Both the position numbers and the translations under genes were made by a program. From a bacterium (GTDB lineage: Bacteria; RBG-13-61-14; DATKZS01): a stretch of 64,000 bases of DNA. The notes under the pieces were generated by a model, which saw only the letters and a list, made by a program, of their open reading frames with translations, was not told the DNA's origin and searched no databases. Below are positions 28,839-38,431 of this stretch, piece after piece (position 1 is the first letter of the stretch; each line of letters opens with the position of its first letter). The stretch covers positions 160,001 through 224,000 of the forward strand of contig CAXXFL010000006.1 in NCBI GenBank assembly GCA_963674965.2, written 5' to 3'.

Positions 28839-30485
28839 CTACTTATCGAACTCCGACTCGGAGAAGACGATGGCCTGGAACCTCTCGAGGACCGCGTCGT
28901 CTCTTTTCCAGCAGTTCGGGTCCATTACCCCGGCCTTGCGGCATAAATTGGAAAGGTAGGCGTCATGGTCCCAGCCCTGCTCGATGGGCACCTGGGGCAG
29001 GAACACGCCCCTGGCCCGGCCCAGCGTGATCAGGACCCCGTCACGGCCCACCTTCACCTCCTCCGGGCTTTGGCATCTCTCGATAGGAGTCAGCACCGAT
29101 ATCTCTATCTCCAGCTTCTTAAGGTCCTCGGGCGTAAGGGGATGCATGAAGAAGCGGGCGTCGTGAATGGCCGCGTCCACCGCGCGTCGCTGAACGCAAA
29201 GATAAAGAGGCTCGTTCGGTATGATAGTGCCGATGCAGCCCCTCAAGTCGCCCTCGGTCTTGAGCGTCACGAAGGCGGCCCCGATCGAGCGAAGGGACTC
29301 GCTTTTAGTTTCCATGGTTGGAAGGTCTACTCTTTTTACGGCGGCCTCGGCGAAGGCCCGGGCCATCTCGAGTAACTCCTTTTTCTCTTCGCCCGTTAAG
29401 TGAAAGCCTTTTGGGGACGGAGCGCTCGCGTCGCTCGCGGGACCAGGCGCGGCTTCACTTTTGTCTTCTTCATCCAGGATAAAAGCCGCCGCCCCGTAGC
29501 CAACCACCCTCGAGCGGTCTCCGGTGGCGTCCCCACTGTCGGCGTAGTGCAGCGTTTTGACCACTCTTCCCCCTCTCTCCTTGAAAAGACGCATGAGGGT
29601 CACCACGGGCAGGCCGCCGCAAATGGGACGGGTCCGGTCCTTCACGCCCCTGGCCACGGCCTCGACGTCCATGGACTCGATCGTCTCGAGGGTCTTAAGG
29701 TCCACGGGCTTCGTCTGCTCGGTCCCCTTATAGGGGGGATAATTGCCGTGGGACATGTCGGTCGAGGCGACGAATACCACGTCGTCGCCGGGAAAGGTCT
29801 CGTCAAGGACCTTGGCGAAATCGGCGGCCCGATCATCGGTGAGACCGCCCATCATCACCACGTTGATTTTGAGTCCGGGGCCGGCGACCGTTTGGATAAA
29901 GGGAATCTGGACCTCGAGCGAATGTTCCTGGCTATAGAAACGGTCGTCCGAGACGATCCAGTCGCGTGAGGCAACGAGCTTTTTGGCCGCCTCCCGGTCC
30001 ATCTCGACCTCGCCCAGAGGAGTGCGGTAGGCGTCCTTGTCCAGCACGAAGACCCCCTCGAGGGGGGAGCGGTGGGAAGGGCCGAGGATGACGAAGCGGG
30101 AGGGACGAGCCGGGACCAGGGCCTTATAGGCGTAAGCCGCCACCGGGCCGGAATAGCGGTATCCAGCGTGAGGGACCATGATCCCGAACACGCGTCCCTT
30201 TATTTCGGGCGCGGGAGCCAGGTCGAGGAAGCCCTTGATCATGGAGCCAAGCTCATCGGGGCCGGCGGGATAAAAAGAACCCGCCACGATGGGAGACTGC
30301 ACCGTCCTGGCGGTGGGAGCTTTTTCCGGTTTCGAGGTCACGGCGGGCGCCTTGGCTTCCATGGCCCGAGAGCTTTCTCCTACGCGTTCCTTGTCCTTGC
30401 ACCCCCCGGGACCGACAAGGGTAGCCAAAAGAAATATCGAGACGATGCCAAACGGTACTTTCTTTGTCATCGATCGAGAGATCAT
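28839..30485 (-). CDS. amrB: AmmeMemoRadiSam protein B (MEMO1) fused to protein A (AMMECR1), with lipoprotein-like signal
   Basis: VAGSFYP, VPHAGYRYSG, GPSH, EHSLEVQIPF, STDMSH, VVGY (MEMO); AFVTL, LRGCIG, EISVLTP, FLPQV, LCRKAG (AMMECR1); hydrophobic stretch ending GGC. Confidence 0.92.
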   Translation of the reverse strand: MISRSMTKKVPFGIVSIFLLATLVGPGGCKDKERVGESSRAMEAKAPAVTSKPEKAPTARTVQSPIVAGSFYPAGPDELGSMIKGFLDLAPAPEIKGRVFGIMVPHAGYRYSGPVAAYAYKALVPARPSRFVILGPSHRSPLEGVFVLDKDAYRTPLGEVEMDREAAKKLVASRDWIVSDDRFYSQEHSLEVQIPFIQTVAGPGLKINVVMMGGLTDDRAADFAKVLDETFPGDDVVFVASTDMSHGNYPPYKGTEQTKPVDLKTLETIESMDVEAVARGVKDRTRPICGGLPVVTLMRLFKERGGRVVKTLHYADSGDATGDRSRVVGYGAAAFILDEEDKSEAAPGPASDASAPSPKGFHLTGEEKKELLEMARAFAEAAVKRVDLPTMETKSESLRSIGAAFVTLKTEGDLRGCIGTIIPNEPLYLCVQRRAVDAAIHDARFFMHPLTPEDLKKLEIEISVLTPIERCQSPEEVKVGRDGVLITLGRARGVFLPQVPIEQGWDHDAYLSNLCRKAGVMDPNCWKRDDAVLERFQAIVFSESEFDK

Positions 30486-30682
30486 GCCTCATCCTCCTTG
30501 CCCGGCTCCAGGCGCTCGTAATGGTCGGCCTCCACGAAGGAAACGGTGGAGACGGGCCCCTTCGGAAAGGAGGCCATGTCGGCCGCGATCCCCAAAAGCC
30601 CGACGGCCGTCGCCGCGAAGCCCCTGCGGGACCACCTAAGCCGGCATTTTTCCCCGGAGCCTTCCTTGCGTTTCTTTTCCAT
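30482..30682 (-). CDS. Small protein with twin-arginine-like motif
   Basis: SRRGFAA followed by a hydrophobic stretch; C-terminal EADHYERL; 1-bp gap to amrS and ATGA overlap with amrB. Confidence 0.6.
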   Translation of the reverse strand: MEKKRKEGSGEKCRLRWSRRGFAATAVGLLGIAADMASFPKGPVSTVSFVEADHYERLEPGKEDEA

Positions 30683-30683
30683 G

Positions 30684-31673
30684 TCAATTCCACCTTCCAG
30701 CGGCCGCCTTTCCGCAATAAGGGCATCGGCCGTTTTTCAGGTTGTACTCGAGTATGGCGTATCCCATCCGTTTTATCAGGAGTTTCCCGCAGCCGGCGCA
30801 GTACGTGTCTCCTCCCCCGGGGACGTCGACGTTGCCGACGTACACGTGTTTCAATCCCTCGCCGAGCGCCGCGTCCCTGGCCTTGACCAGGAAGTCCTTG
30901 GGAGTGGGCGGAAGATCCATGAGCTTGTACTGGGGATGGAACCTCGAGAAGTGAAGAGGAGTTTCAACCCCGGTTTTTTCCGCGATCCAGGCGCACATCT
31001 TTTTGATCATGTCCAGGTCGTCGTTCAAGGTGGGCACGACCAGGTTGGTCAGTTCCACCCATACTCCCTCCTCGGCCATGACCTCGATGGCGCGGAGGAC
31101 CGGATCGAGCCGTCCCGAGCATATTGTCCGGTAATACTCGTCGCTCATGGCCTTTAAGTCCACGTTGGCCGCGTCGGCGTGGCGGCAGAGTTCCCGCAGG
31201 GGCTTCTCGTTGATGAAGCCGGCGGTGACGAGTATGTTTTTAACGCCTTTCTCGGAGGCCAGTTCCTGGCAGTCGCGGGTATACTCGAAAAAGGTGATGG
31301 GCTCGGAATAGGTATAGGCGATCGAGCGGCACCTCGAGCGCTGGGCCGCCTCGACGATTTTCTCGGGCGGGGCGTCGATGACCCGGCCGGGGTCGGCGTC
31401 CTCCGGGTTGAGTTGGCTTATGCTCCAGTTCTGGCAGAACTTGCAGTGCAGGTTGCAGCCCGCCGACGCCACGGAGAAGCACCTGGTCCCGGGAAGGAAA
31501 TGGAAGAGGGGTTTCTTCTCCACCGGATCGTAGGGATGGGCCGACAGGGGCTTGCCGTATACCAGGGTGACCAGTTTGCCCTTGTAATTCAGACGCGATC
31601 GGCAATCCCCCCGCTGGCCCGGGGAAAGGACGCACTCGCGCGGGCACAGAAGACACCTGACCTTGCCGCTCAT
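30684..31673 (-). CDS. amrS: AmmeMemoRadiSam radical SAM enzyme
   Basis: VRCLLCPREC, DPVEKKPLFHFLPG, GCNLHCKFCQNWSISQ, IAYTYSEP, PLHFSRFHP. Confidence 0.93.
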   Translation of the reverse strand: MSGKVRCLLCPRECVLSPGQRGDCRSRLNYKGKLVTLVYGKPLSAHPYDPVEKKPLFHFLPGTRCFSVASAGCNLHCKFCQNWSISQLNPEDADPGRVIDAPPEKIVEAAQRSRCRSIAYTYSEPITFFEYTRDCQELASEKGVKNILVTAGFINEKPLRELCRHADAANVDLKAMSDEYYRTICSGRLDPVLRAIEVMAEEGVWVELTNLVVPTLNDDLDMIKKMCAWIAEKTGVETPLHFSRFHPQYKLMDLPPTPKDFLVKARDAALGEGLKHVYVGNVDVPGGGDTYCAGCGKLLIKRMGYAILEYNLKNGRCPYCGKAAAGRWN

Positions 31674-31909
31674 CGGCGGTCCTCCTTAACGGGCTCCCAG
31701 TGGTCCGCCTTGATGAGGCTCAGCCGCCCCTCCCGCTCGAGGGACTCGATCATCTCGATATCAACCTTTCCTCCCGAAGCGACGTCTAGTTCCTCGGGCG
31801 CGGTAAAGACCACGAGGAAGCCAAGAATAATAGCCGCCGCCAGGGCGAGAATAAATTTACAGTCGTCCGCTTTCAATCGGGCCCCCAAGAAAGATATATT
31901 AGCATTCAT
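31670..31909 (-). CDS. Small single-TM protein upstream of amrS
   Basis: TM helix then GKVDIEMIESLEREGRLSLIKADHWEPV; ATGA overlap with amrS; start uncertain (up to 31978). Confidence 0.6.
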   Translation of the reverse strand: MNANISFLGARLKADDCKFILALAAAIILGFLVVFTAPEELDVASGGKVDIEMIESLEREGRLSLIKADHWEPVKEDRR

Positions 31910-32114
31910 GGCGGGCGATACAATGGGCCGCTCGCGCTTGGGTGATTTCCGAGAAAAGAGACCGCCGGTCATATTCAAACGCCGCTTTCCGGGCTGGAAA
32001 AATGAGGCCGGAAGTCACGGAAAAATACCCGCCGCTGAAAAATTACAAGCCGTTTTGAGCGAGGACTCCGGATAGGATAATATTATGTTTTGAGTCGATG
32101 ATGGGGTATGTAAA

Positions 32115-34904
32115 ATGAAAATGCGTCTTCGGCACAAGATAACCCTGGCCGTCCTGATCGGCGTGATGATTCCCTCCGCCGGCGGTCTTTATTACGTTTC
32201 CCATAAGGCGAGGATCGATCAGTTGGAGACCTTCGTTCGTCAGGGCAGGGTAATGTTCCAGCAGATTCTGATAACCCGCCGCTGGCTTTCGCGCCACGGC
32301 GGCGTTTACGTCCGCAAGGATCCCTTCGTCAAGGACAACCCTTTCATGGAGGACGCCAACACCCGCACGGTGGAGGGAGAGCCGATCGTCAAGCGCTCGA
32401 CCGACGGGGTCACCAGGGAAATATCGGAAATAGCCGAGGCCGAGGGCGTTTCCCGTTTTCGTCTGACCAGTCTCGACCCTATCAATCCGGCCAGCGCTCC
32501 GACCCCCTGGGAAAAGGAGGCGCTGAAAAGCTTCGAGCGCGGTGAAAAGGAGAGCTGGACCATTCGCGGCGAGGGGCCTGAGGCTCATTTCGTTTACATG
32601 GCCCCCGTCTTCACGGAGCGGTCCTGTTATAAATGCCACCAGGAATCATCCTACATGGTGGGCCAGGTGCGGGGAGGAATCAGCGTCGAGTTTCCCGTGG
32701 GTGAAATGTACGGGGCCTCGAGGGACAAGCTGGCCGCGAACCTTCTTCTTTTATTGCTCGCCGGGTCCTTCGCTCTCCTGGTGCTTTCCCTTGGGGCCAA
32801 ATATTTTCTCCTGCGGCCCCTGCTCGCCATCCACTCGGTCATCAAATCCATGGCCTTGGGCGACTTCGAAAGCCCCTTGCAGGTAAAAAGCCAAGACGAG
32901 ATCGGCGAGCTGGCCGAGGCGGTCGCGTCCATGCGGGAGACCATCCGCAAGCAGAACGAGATGCTCGAGGGCGAGGTCACGGAGGGGGTCAAGAAGCTCC
33001 AGGAATCGGAGAGGCGTTTCAGGAAAATCTTCGAGTCATCCCGCGACGCGGCCTTTATTCTGGAGGACGGCGTCTTTATCGACTGCAACCAGGCGGCGGT
33101 CAGGGTCTTCGGGGTCGAGGGCAAACAAGACCTTATCGGCCGGGACCCGGGAGATTTCTCCCCCCCCCGCCAGCCGGACGGAAGGGAATCGATCAAGGGA
33201 GCGGCAAGGCATATCAACGCCGCCACGCGAGACGGGTCGCGCTTTTTCGAGTGGGTGCATAAGACCGGAGACGGCCGCCTTTTTCCCTCCGAGGTTTCCC
33301 TCAGCCTCTTCGAGCTGGACGGCAAAAAGGTCCTGCAGGCGGTGATCCGGGACGTCACCGACCGCAAGCGGGCGGAGGAGGAAATACTCGAGGCCAGGCG
33401 GGCGGCGGACGCGGCCAATCAGGCCAAGAGCTCCTTTTTGGCCAACATGAGCCACGAGCTAAGGACGCCGCTTAACCACATCATCGGATACGGCGAGCTC
33501 CTCAAGGAGGAGGCCGAGGACATGGAGGCCGAGGACTTTATCCCGGACCTGGACAAGATCATCTCCTCCGGCAAGGGCCTTTTGAAAATCATCAGCGACG
33601 TCCTCGACCTCGTCAACATGGAGTCGGGTAACCTCAAGCTCGAGGCCTCGGTTTTCAGCGTGAAAAGCGTTTTGGACGCCGTCGCCAATGAACACCGGAC
33701 GGCGGCGGAAAAGAAGGGCCTTACCATCAAGGTCGAAGAGGGAGACGACGCGGGCGAAATGCATCAGGACGCGGAGAGGCTGAGGCAGGTCCTTTCCAAT
33801 CTCGTCTCGAACGCCGTCAAGTTCACGGCGGAAGGCTGGGTAAGGCTGTCGGTCCTCCGGAGCGGCGACATTATCCGGTTCATGGTAACGGACACCGGCG
33901 TGGGCATGAGCCGCGATGAAATGGACAGGATATTCAAGCCCTTTATCCAGGCCGACCTGTCCTCGACCAAGGAGTATGGAGGAGCGGGGCTGGGGCTTTA
34001 CGTCTCCAGGCTCTTCGCCCGGGCCATGGGGGGCGACGTTACCGCGGTCAGCGAAAAGGGAGGGGGAAGCGAGTTCAAGGTTACCCTCCCCGTGAAGGGG
34101 GCCTGGATCAAAGACATGCCCGAGGCCGCCCCGGGCGAGCTCGAGCGGGCGGCCCAGGAGGTCTCGGCCATCCGCAGCCCCAACACGCTCCTGGTCATCG
34201 ACGACGACCCCAGCGTCCTCAAACTGGTGGAGACTTTCGTCAAGAACGACGGCTTTCACGTGGTGACGGCCGCCAGCGGGGAAGAGGGCGTTCGGATGGC
34301 GCTCAGGCACATGCCTACCGTCATTCTCCTCGACGTGCGGCTGCCGGGCATAGATGGATGGAAGACGCTTGAGATAATCAAGCGCAACCCGGCGGCCAGG
34401 AACATACCGGTAATCATCATTTCCGGGGAGGAGGCCAAGGATAAGGCCAGGGAGATGGGGGCCTCCGATTTCCTTCCCAAACCGATCAAAAAGGAAGTCC
34501 TTTTACAAGCCCTGGACGGCTATAAGTTCAAGGACACCAGGGGCCTTGTCCTCATCGCCTTGAAGGACGAGGCCTCGAGGGAGATAATGGCTCACACCGT
34601 GCAAAGGCAAGGGTGGTTCGTCAGCGAGGCCGACGGGGCCAAAACGGCGGCCGAGCGGGTAAAGTCGGACGCTCCCGACCTGGTCGTGGCCGGCCTGGAT
34701 CTGGACGAGCCGGACGGAATTGACGCTATCGCCCGGATCACCGGCGCCGGCGAATCGGAAAAAACGCCGATCCTGGCCATAGCCAACCGGGCGCCCTCCC
34801 CGCGGGAGGAGGAAAGGCTTGGCTCCGCGGGGGTCAAGGTGATGGTTCGAGGGAAGTTCACGCTGGTGGACCTGGTAAACGAAATCGGTCTGATGACGAA
34901 ATGA
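32115..34904 (+). CDS. Hybrid sensor kinase: periplasmic DUF3365-like heme-c domain, HAMP, PAS, HisKA, HATPase, receiver, degenerate receiver
   Basis: TM..SLDPINP..CYKCH..VRGGIS..TM; DEIGELA; SHELRTPL; NAVKFT; DTGVG; GAGLGL; LLDVRLP. Confidence 0.9.
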   Translation: MKMRLRHKITLAVLIGVMIPSAGGLYYVSHKARIDQLETFVRQGRVMFQQILITRRWLSRHGGVYVRKDPFVKDNPFMEDANTRTVEGEPIVKRSTDGVTREISEIAEAEGVSRFRLTSLDPINPASAPTPWEKEALKSFERGEKESWTIRGEGPEAHFVYMAPVFTERSCYKCHQESSYMVGQVRGGISVEFPVGEMYGASRDKLAANLLLLLLAGSFALLVLSLGAKYFLLRPLLAIHSVIKSMALGDFESPLQVKSQDEIGELAEAVASMRETIRKQNEMLEGEVTEGVKKLQESERRFRKIFESSRDAAFILEDGVFIDCNQAAVRVFGVEGKQDLIGRDPGDFSPPRQPDGRESIKGAARHINAATRDGSRFFEWVHKTGDGRLFPSEVSLSLFELDGKKVLQAVIRDVTDRKRAEEEILEARRAADAANQAKSSFLANMSHELRTPLNHIIGYGELLKEEAEDMEAEDFIPDLDKIISSGKGLLKIISDVLDLVNMESGNLKLEASVFSVKSVLDAVANEHRTAAEKKGLTIKVEEGDDAGEMHQDAERLRQVLSNLVSNAVKFTAEGWVRLSVLRSGDIIRFMVTDTGVGMSRDEMDRIFKPFIQADLSSTKEYGGAGLGLYVSRLFARAMGGDVTAVSEKGGGSEFKVTLPVKGAWIKDMPEAAPGELERAAQEVSAIRSPNTLLVIDDDPSVLKLVETFVKNDGFHVVTAASGEEGVRMALRHMPTVILLDVRLPGIDGWKTLEIIKRNPAARNIPVIIISGEEAKDKAREMGASDFLPKPIKKEVLLQALDGYKFKDTRGLVLIALKDEASREIMAHTVQRQGWFVSEADGAKTAAERVKSDAPDLVVAGLDLDEPDGIDAIARITGAGESEKTPILAIANRAPSPREEERLGSAGVKVMVRGKFTLVDLVNEIGLMTK

Positions 34905-34934
34905 TATCATTATGGGCCGCCTGGAAATAAAGTC

Positions 34935-37900
34935 ATGAAAAACGAAACCATAATCGACGAGCGCGACCGCCGCCTGCTTTTCGGGGAGGTCGCCCTATCT
35001 CTTCGGCTGGTGACGGCCGATGAGCTTGAGAGGGCCAGAAGCGCCTTCTCCCGTGACCCCTCCCTTTCCCTCGAGGGAATGATCTGCGGTGAGGGCGAGG
35101 CCGGGGTGGAGCGCCGGGCGCTCATCGAGAAACTGGTGGATTGGAAAATTCAGGACAGCGGCAACGACGCCTCGGCGGCCCTGTCCGCCTTTGTTTCCTC
35201 CGGCGGCTCCTACGCGACGGCGCTGGTGAGAGGCTCGTTGGACGCCACGGCCCGGACCATCGACGCGGTGAACGGCACCTTGCCCCTTGACGGGGACGAG
35301 GCGGTTTTCGCCGACTCGGGCGATCGGAACAAGCGGCCGGGCCTGGTGGTGGACCCGGAGACGAGATACACCATCAAGAGCGAGCAAGGCAGGGGCCAGA
35401 TCGGCGTGGTCTCTCTGGCGGTGGACGAGCACATCGGCCGGGAGGTGGCCCTTAAGGAACTCCTGGTCTATAACGACGACTTTGACGGCGGCCCGAAGAA
35501 ACCGAGCATACGTGCCATGGACCGCTTTTTGCGCGAGGCCCGGATCACGGCGCAGCTCAATCATCCCTCCATCGTTCCCGTCTACGATATAGCCAACCGC
35601 TCCGGCGGGGCGCCCTATTACACCATGAGGCTGGTGAGGGGCAAGACCATGGGCGACACCCTCTCGGGCTACAAGGACATTTCCGAGAGGCTCCAGATGC
35701 TGCCCGCGTTCCTGGACATCTGCTACGCCATGGCCTACGCCCACTCGCAAGGAGTTATACATCGGGACCTCAAGCCCGACAACGTGCTCATCGGCAAGTA
35801 CGGAGAAACCGTCGTGCTCGACTGGGGACTGGCCAAGGCAAGGGGCGTGGCGGACATAAGCTCGGGCAAGATCGAGGTGGACGAGAAGATCCTGGGCTCG
35901 GGCGGGATATTCGCCACCGTGGCGGGACATCCTCTCGGCACTCCCTGCTACATGAGCCCCGAGCAGGCACAGGGCCGCATCGACGACGTCAATGAAAGGA
36001 GCGACGTCTGGAGCCTGGGCGCCATACTATACGAGCTTCTTACCGGCCGGCCGCCCTTTTTAGGCGGCAACGCCTTCGAGGTCATCAAGAAGGTCATTCG
36101 GGACCCACTGCGTCCCATCGAGGAATTATGCCCCGAGGCCCCGCCCGAGCTTCAGGCCATAGCCGGGAAGTGCCTGGAAAAAGACCCGCTCCTTCGCTAC
36201 GCCAACGCGGGAGAGGTGGCGGACGACGTGGCCGAGGTGGTCCAGGTCCTGTTCGGCCCCATGTCCTTCATCCAGGTGCGGGAGGAGAAGAACCAGGCCA
36301 TCGAGGCGCGCCGCGTGGCCGAGGAACAAAGGAAGATCGCGGAGGAACAGCGGGAACTGGCCCAGGCCAGGGAACTGATCGCTCGCAAGGCCCTGGCCGA
36401 GGCCTATTACCAGTACGGCCTCCGGGCGGAGCAGAGAAAAAGATGGAACGACGCCCGCGTGTATTTCGCCAAGGCCATGTTTTTCGACGGCCGGGAGGAA
36501 GCCAGGTCCGGGCTGGCCCGCGAGGCGGCGAGGCCCATGAGGTTTTTCAACCGCGTCTCGATCAAGGCCCATGAAGACGAGGTGACGGCGGCGCGTTTCT
36601 CCGGCGACGGTAAGCTACTGGCCACGGGCGGCAAGGATAAGACGGCCAAGATATGGCGGGTGAAGGACGGAAGTCCCACCGGCGTCGAGATGAAGCACGA
36701 CGACTGGGTCAACGACCTGGACTTCTCGCCGGACGCAAAGCGCGTAATAACCTGCTCCTCCGAGGCCATCTTCCTGTGGAACGCCCAGACCGGGGAGATG
36801 ATACGCCGGATATCCGGACACGAGAGCGAGGTGAGCGGCGTGAGGTTCACGCCCGACGGCCAAAAGGCCCTCTCCAGCAGCCTCGACCTGACTCTCAAGC
36901 TTTGGGACCTCGATTCGGGCGAGTGTCTTTTTACCATGTCCGGCCACGAGGACATGGTTACCTGCCTGGACATATCCTCCGACTCGAGCCTGGCCGCCTC
37001 GGGCGGATGGGACAAGAGCGTCAGGATATGGTCCCTTAAAACCGGCGCGCTCGAGAACGTCCTGGCCGGGCACGGCGACGAGGTCAACTCCGTCGCCTTC
37101 GACGGGCAGGGAAAGACCCTGGTCTCGGCCGGCGCCGACGGCGCGATCCTGGTATGGGACCTGACCAGGGATTTCCCACCTCCAGCCGAGCTGCCGGGGG
37201 ACTCGGAGATTAAAGCCGTCTCGGTCGGCCCCGGCGGGACCATACTGGCGGCCGAGTCGTCGGGATGGATCGGGGTCTGGCCGGGGGGCGGGGGGGAAAA
37301 GCTTTGCGCTCTTCGCGGCCACTCGGGCGGGGTCGAGGCCCTTCATTTCAGCGGGGACGGGAAACTTGCCGTCTCGGCGGGGGCCGACGGAGCCGCCCGC
37401 CTCTGGGAGATCGTCCGCTCCAACGCGGTCACCGAGTATCGGGACCGTGCCGGCGAGATATCCGCGGCGGCTTTCTCGCCCGACGGCAAAGCCGTGGCCT
37501 CGAGCGGGCAGGACCGCAAGATTCGCGTGCATTTTCTCGGCCGGGAGCGGAAAGACCTTACCCTTTCCGGACACGAGGCCCCGGTTTCATCCCTGTCCTT
37601 CTCGCCCCGGGGCGACCTTCTGGCCTCGGGAAGCTGGGACGACTCGGCCCGACTATGGTCGCTGAGCGACGGCCAATGCGTCGCCGTTTGCGAGGGACAT
37701 GAGGGCGGCGGGGTCATGCTGGCCGAGTTCAAGGACGGCGGCGAGAAACTTCTGACCGTGAGCTACGACAACCTGGTCAAGTTGTGGTCCTCGAGCGACG
37801 GCTCCGCCCTCAAGACCTACCGGACCCGGACGCGCGAGATATCCTCCGCCCGCTATTGTGAGGCCCGCGACGTTTTACTGGTGGGAAGCTGCGCCCGCAA

Positions 37901-38423
37901 GGAGGGCTTAAGGTGCCTGGCGGGCGAGACTTCCCTCCATGCCCTGGCGCACGACGAGCCGATGGGCGCCTTTGCCGGCCACGCCGACGCGGTAAGGTGC
38001 GTGGCCGTCTCGGCGGATGGAAAGCGCGCGATCACGGGCGGCGGAGATTCCCTTCTGGTCTGGGACGGCGAGACGGGCCGGACCCTTCGCGAGCTTCGGG
38101 GACACAAGGCGACGCTCCGGGCGGTGGACGCGTCCGCCGACGGGAGTAGGGCCGTTTCCGGTGACGACGACGGCGCCATAAAGCTGTGGGACCTGGAGAC
38201 CGGGGCCTGTCTTCTCACCTTCGCCGGCCACGAGGGACCGGTGCTGTCGGTCCGGTTCGCGCCGGACGGAAAAAGCTTCGTCTCGGGCTCGAAGGACAAG
38301 ACCACCCGGGTCTGGCGAATCCCGGAGGACCTGCTGGATAAAGAGGGAGAAGATATTTTCGAGACGGCCGGCCTCGAGACGGGCATGGTCCTGGACGGCT
38401 TTTTCCTTGCGCCGCGGAAGTAG
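34935..38423 (+). CDS. Hanks-type Ser/Thr kinase with many C-terminal WD40 repeats
   Basis: VALKEL, RFLREA, HRDLKPDN, DWGLAK, GTPCYMSPEQ, SDVWSLG; repeated GH...V....FS.DG..L.S...D....W. Confidence 0.92.
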   Translation: MKNETIIDERDRRLLFGEVALSLRLVTADELERARSAFSRDPSLSLEGMICGEGEAGVERRALIEKLVDWKIQDSGNDASAALSAFVSSGGSYATALVRGSLDATARTIDAVNGTLPLDGDEAVFADSGDRNKRPGLVVDPETRYTIKSEQGRGQIGVVSLAVDEHIGREVALKELLVYNDDFDGGPKKPSIRAMDRFLREARITAQLNHPSIVPVYDIANRSGGAPYYTMRLVRGKTMGDTLSGYKDISERLQMLPAFLDICYAMAYAHSQGVIHRDLKPDNVLIGKYGETVVLDWGLAKARGVADISSGKIEVDEKILGSGGIFATVAGHPLGTPCYMSPEQAQGRIDDVNERSDVWSLGAILYELLTGRPPFLGGNAFEVIKKVIRDPLRPIEELCPEAPPELQAIAGKCLEKDPLLRYANAGEVADDVAEVVQVLFGPMSFIQVREEKNQAIEARRVAEEQRKIAEEQRELAQARELIARKALAEAYYQYGLRAEQRKRWNDARVYFAKAMFFDGREEARSGLAREAARPMRFFNRVSIKAHEDEVTAARFSGDGKLLATGGKDKTAKIWRVKDGSPTGVEMKHDDWVNDLDFSPDAKRVITCSSEAIFLWNAQTGEMIRRISGHESEVSGVRFTPDGQKALSSSLDLTLKLWDLDSGECLFTMSGHEDMVTCLDISSDSSLAASGGWDKSVRIWSLKTGALENVLAGHGDEVNSVAFDGQGKTLVSAGADGAILVWDLTRDFPPPAELPGDSEIKAVSVGPGGTILAAESSGWIGVWPGGGGEKLCALRGHSGGVEALHFSGDGKLAVSAGADGAARLWEIVRSNAVTEYRDRAGEISAAAFSPDGKAVASSGQDRKIRVHFLGRERKDLTLSGHEAPVSSLSFSPRGDLLASGSWDDSARLWSLSDGQCVAVCEGHEGGGVMLAEFKDGGEKLLTVSYDNLVKLWSSSDGSALKTYRTRTREISSARYCEARDVLLVGSCARKEGLRCLAGETSLHALAHDEPMGAFAGHADAVRCVAVSADGKRAITGGGDSLLVWDGETGRTLRELRGHKATLRAVDASADGSRAVSGDDDGAIKLWDLETGACLLTFAGHEGPVLSVRFAPDGKSFVSGSKDKTTRVWRIPEDLLDKEGEDIFETAGLETGMVLDGFFLAPRK

Positions 38424-38431
38424 GCCCCCAC

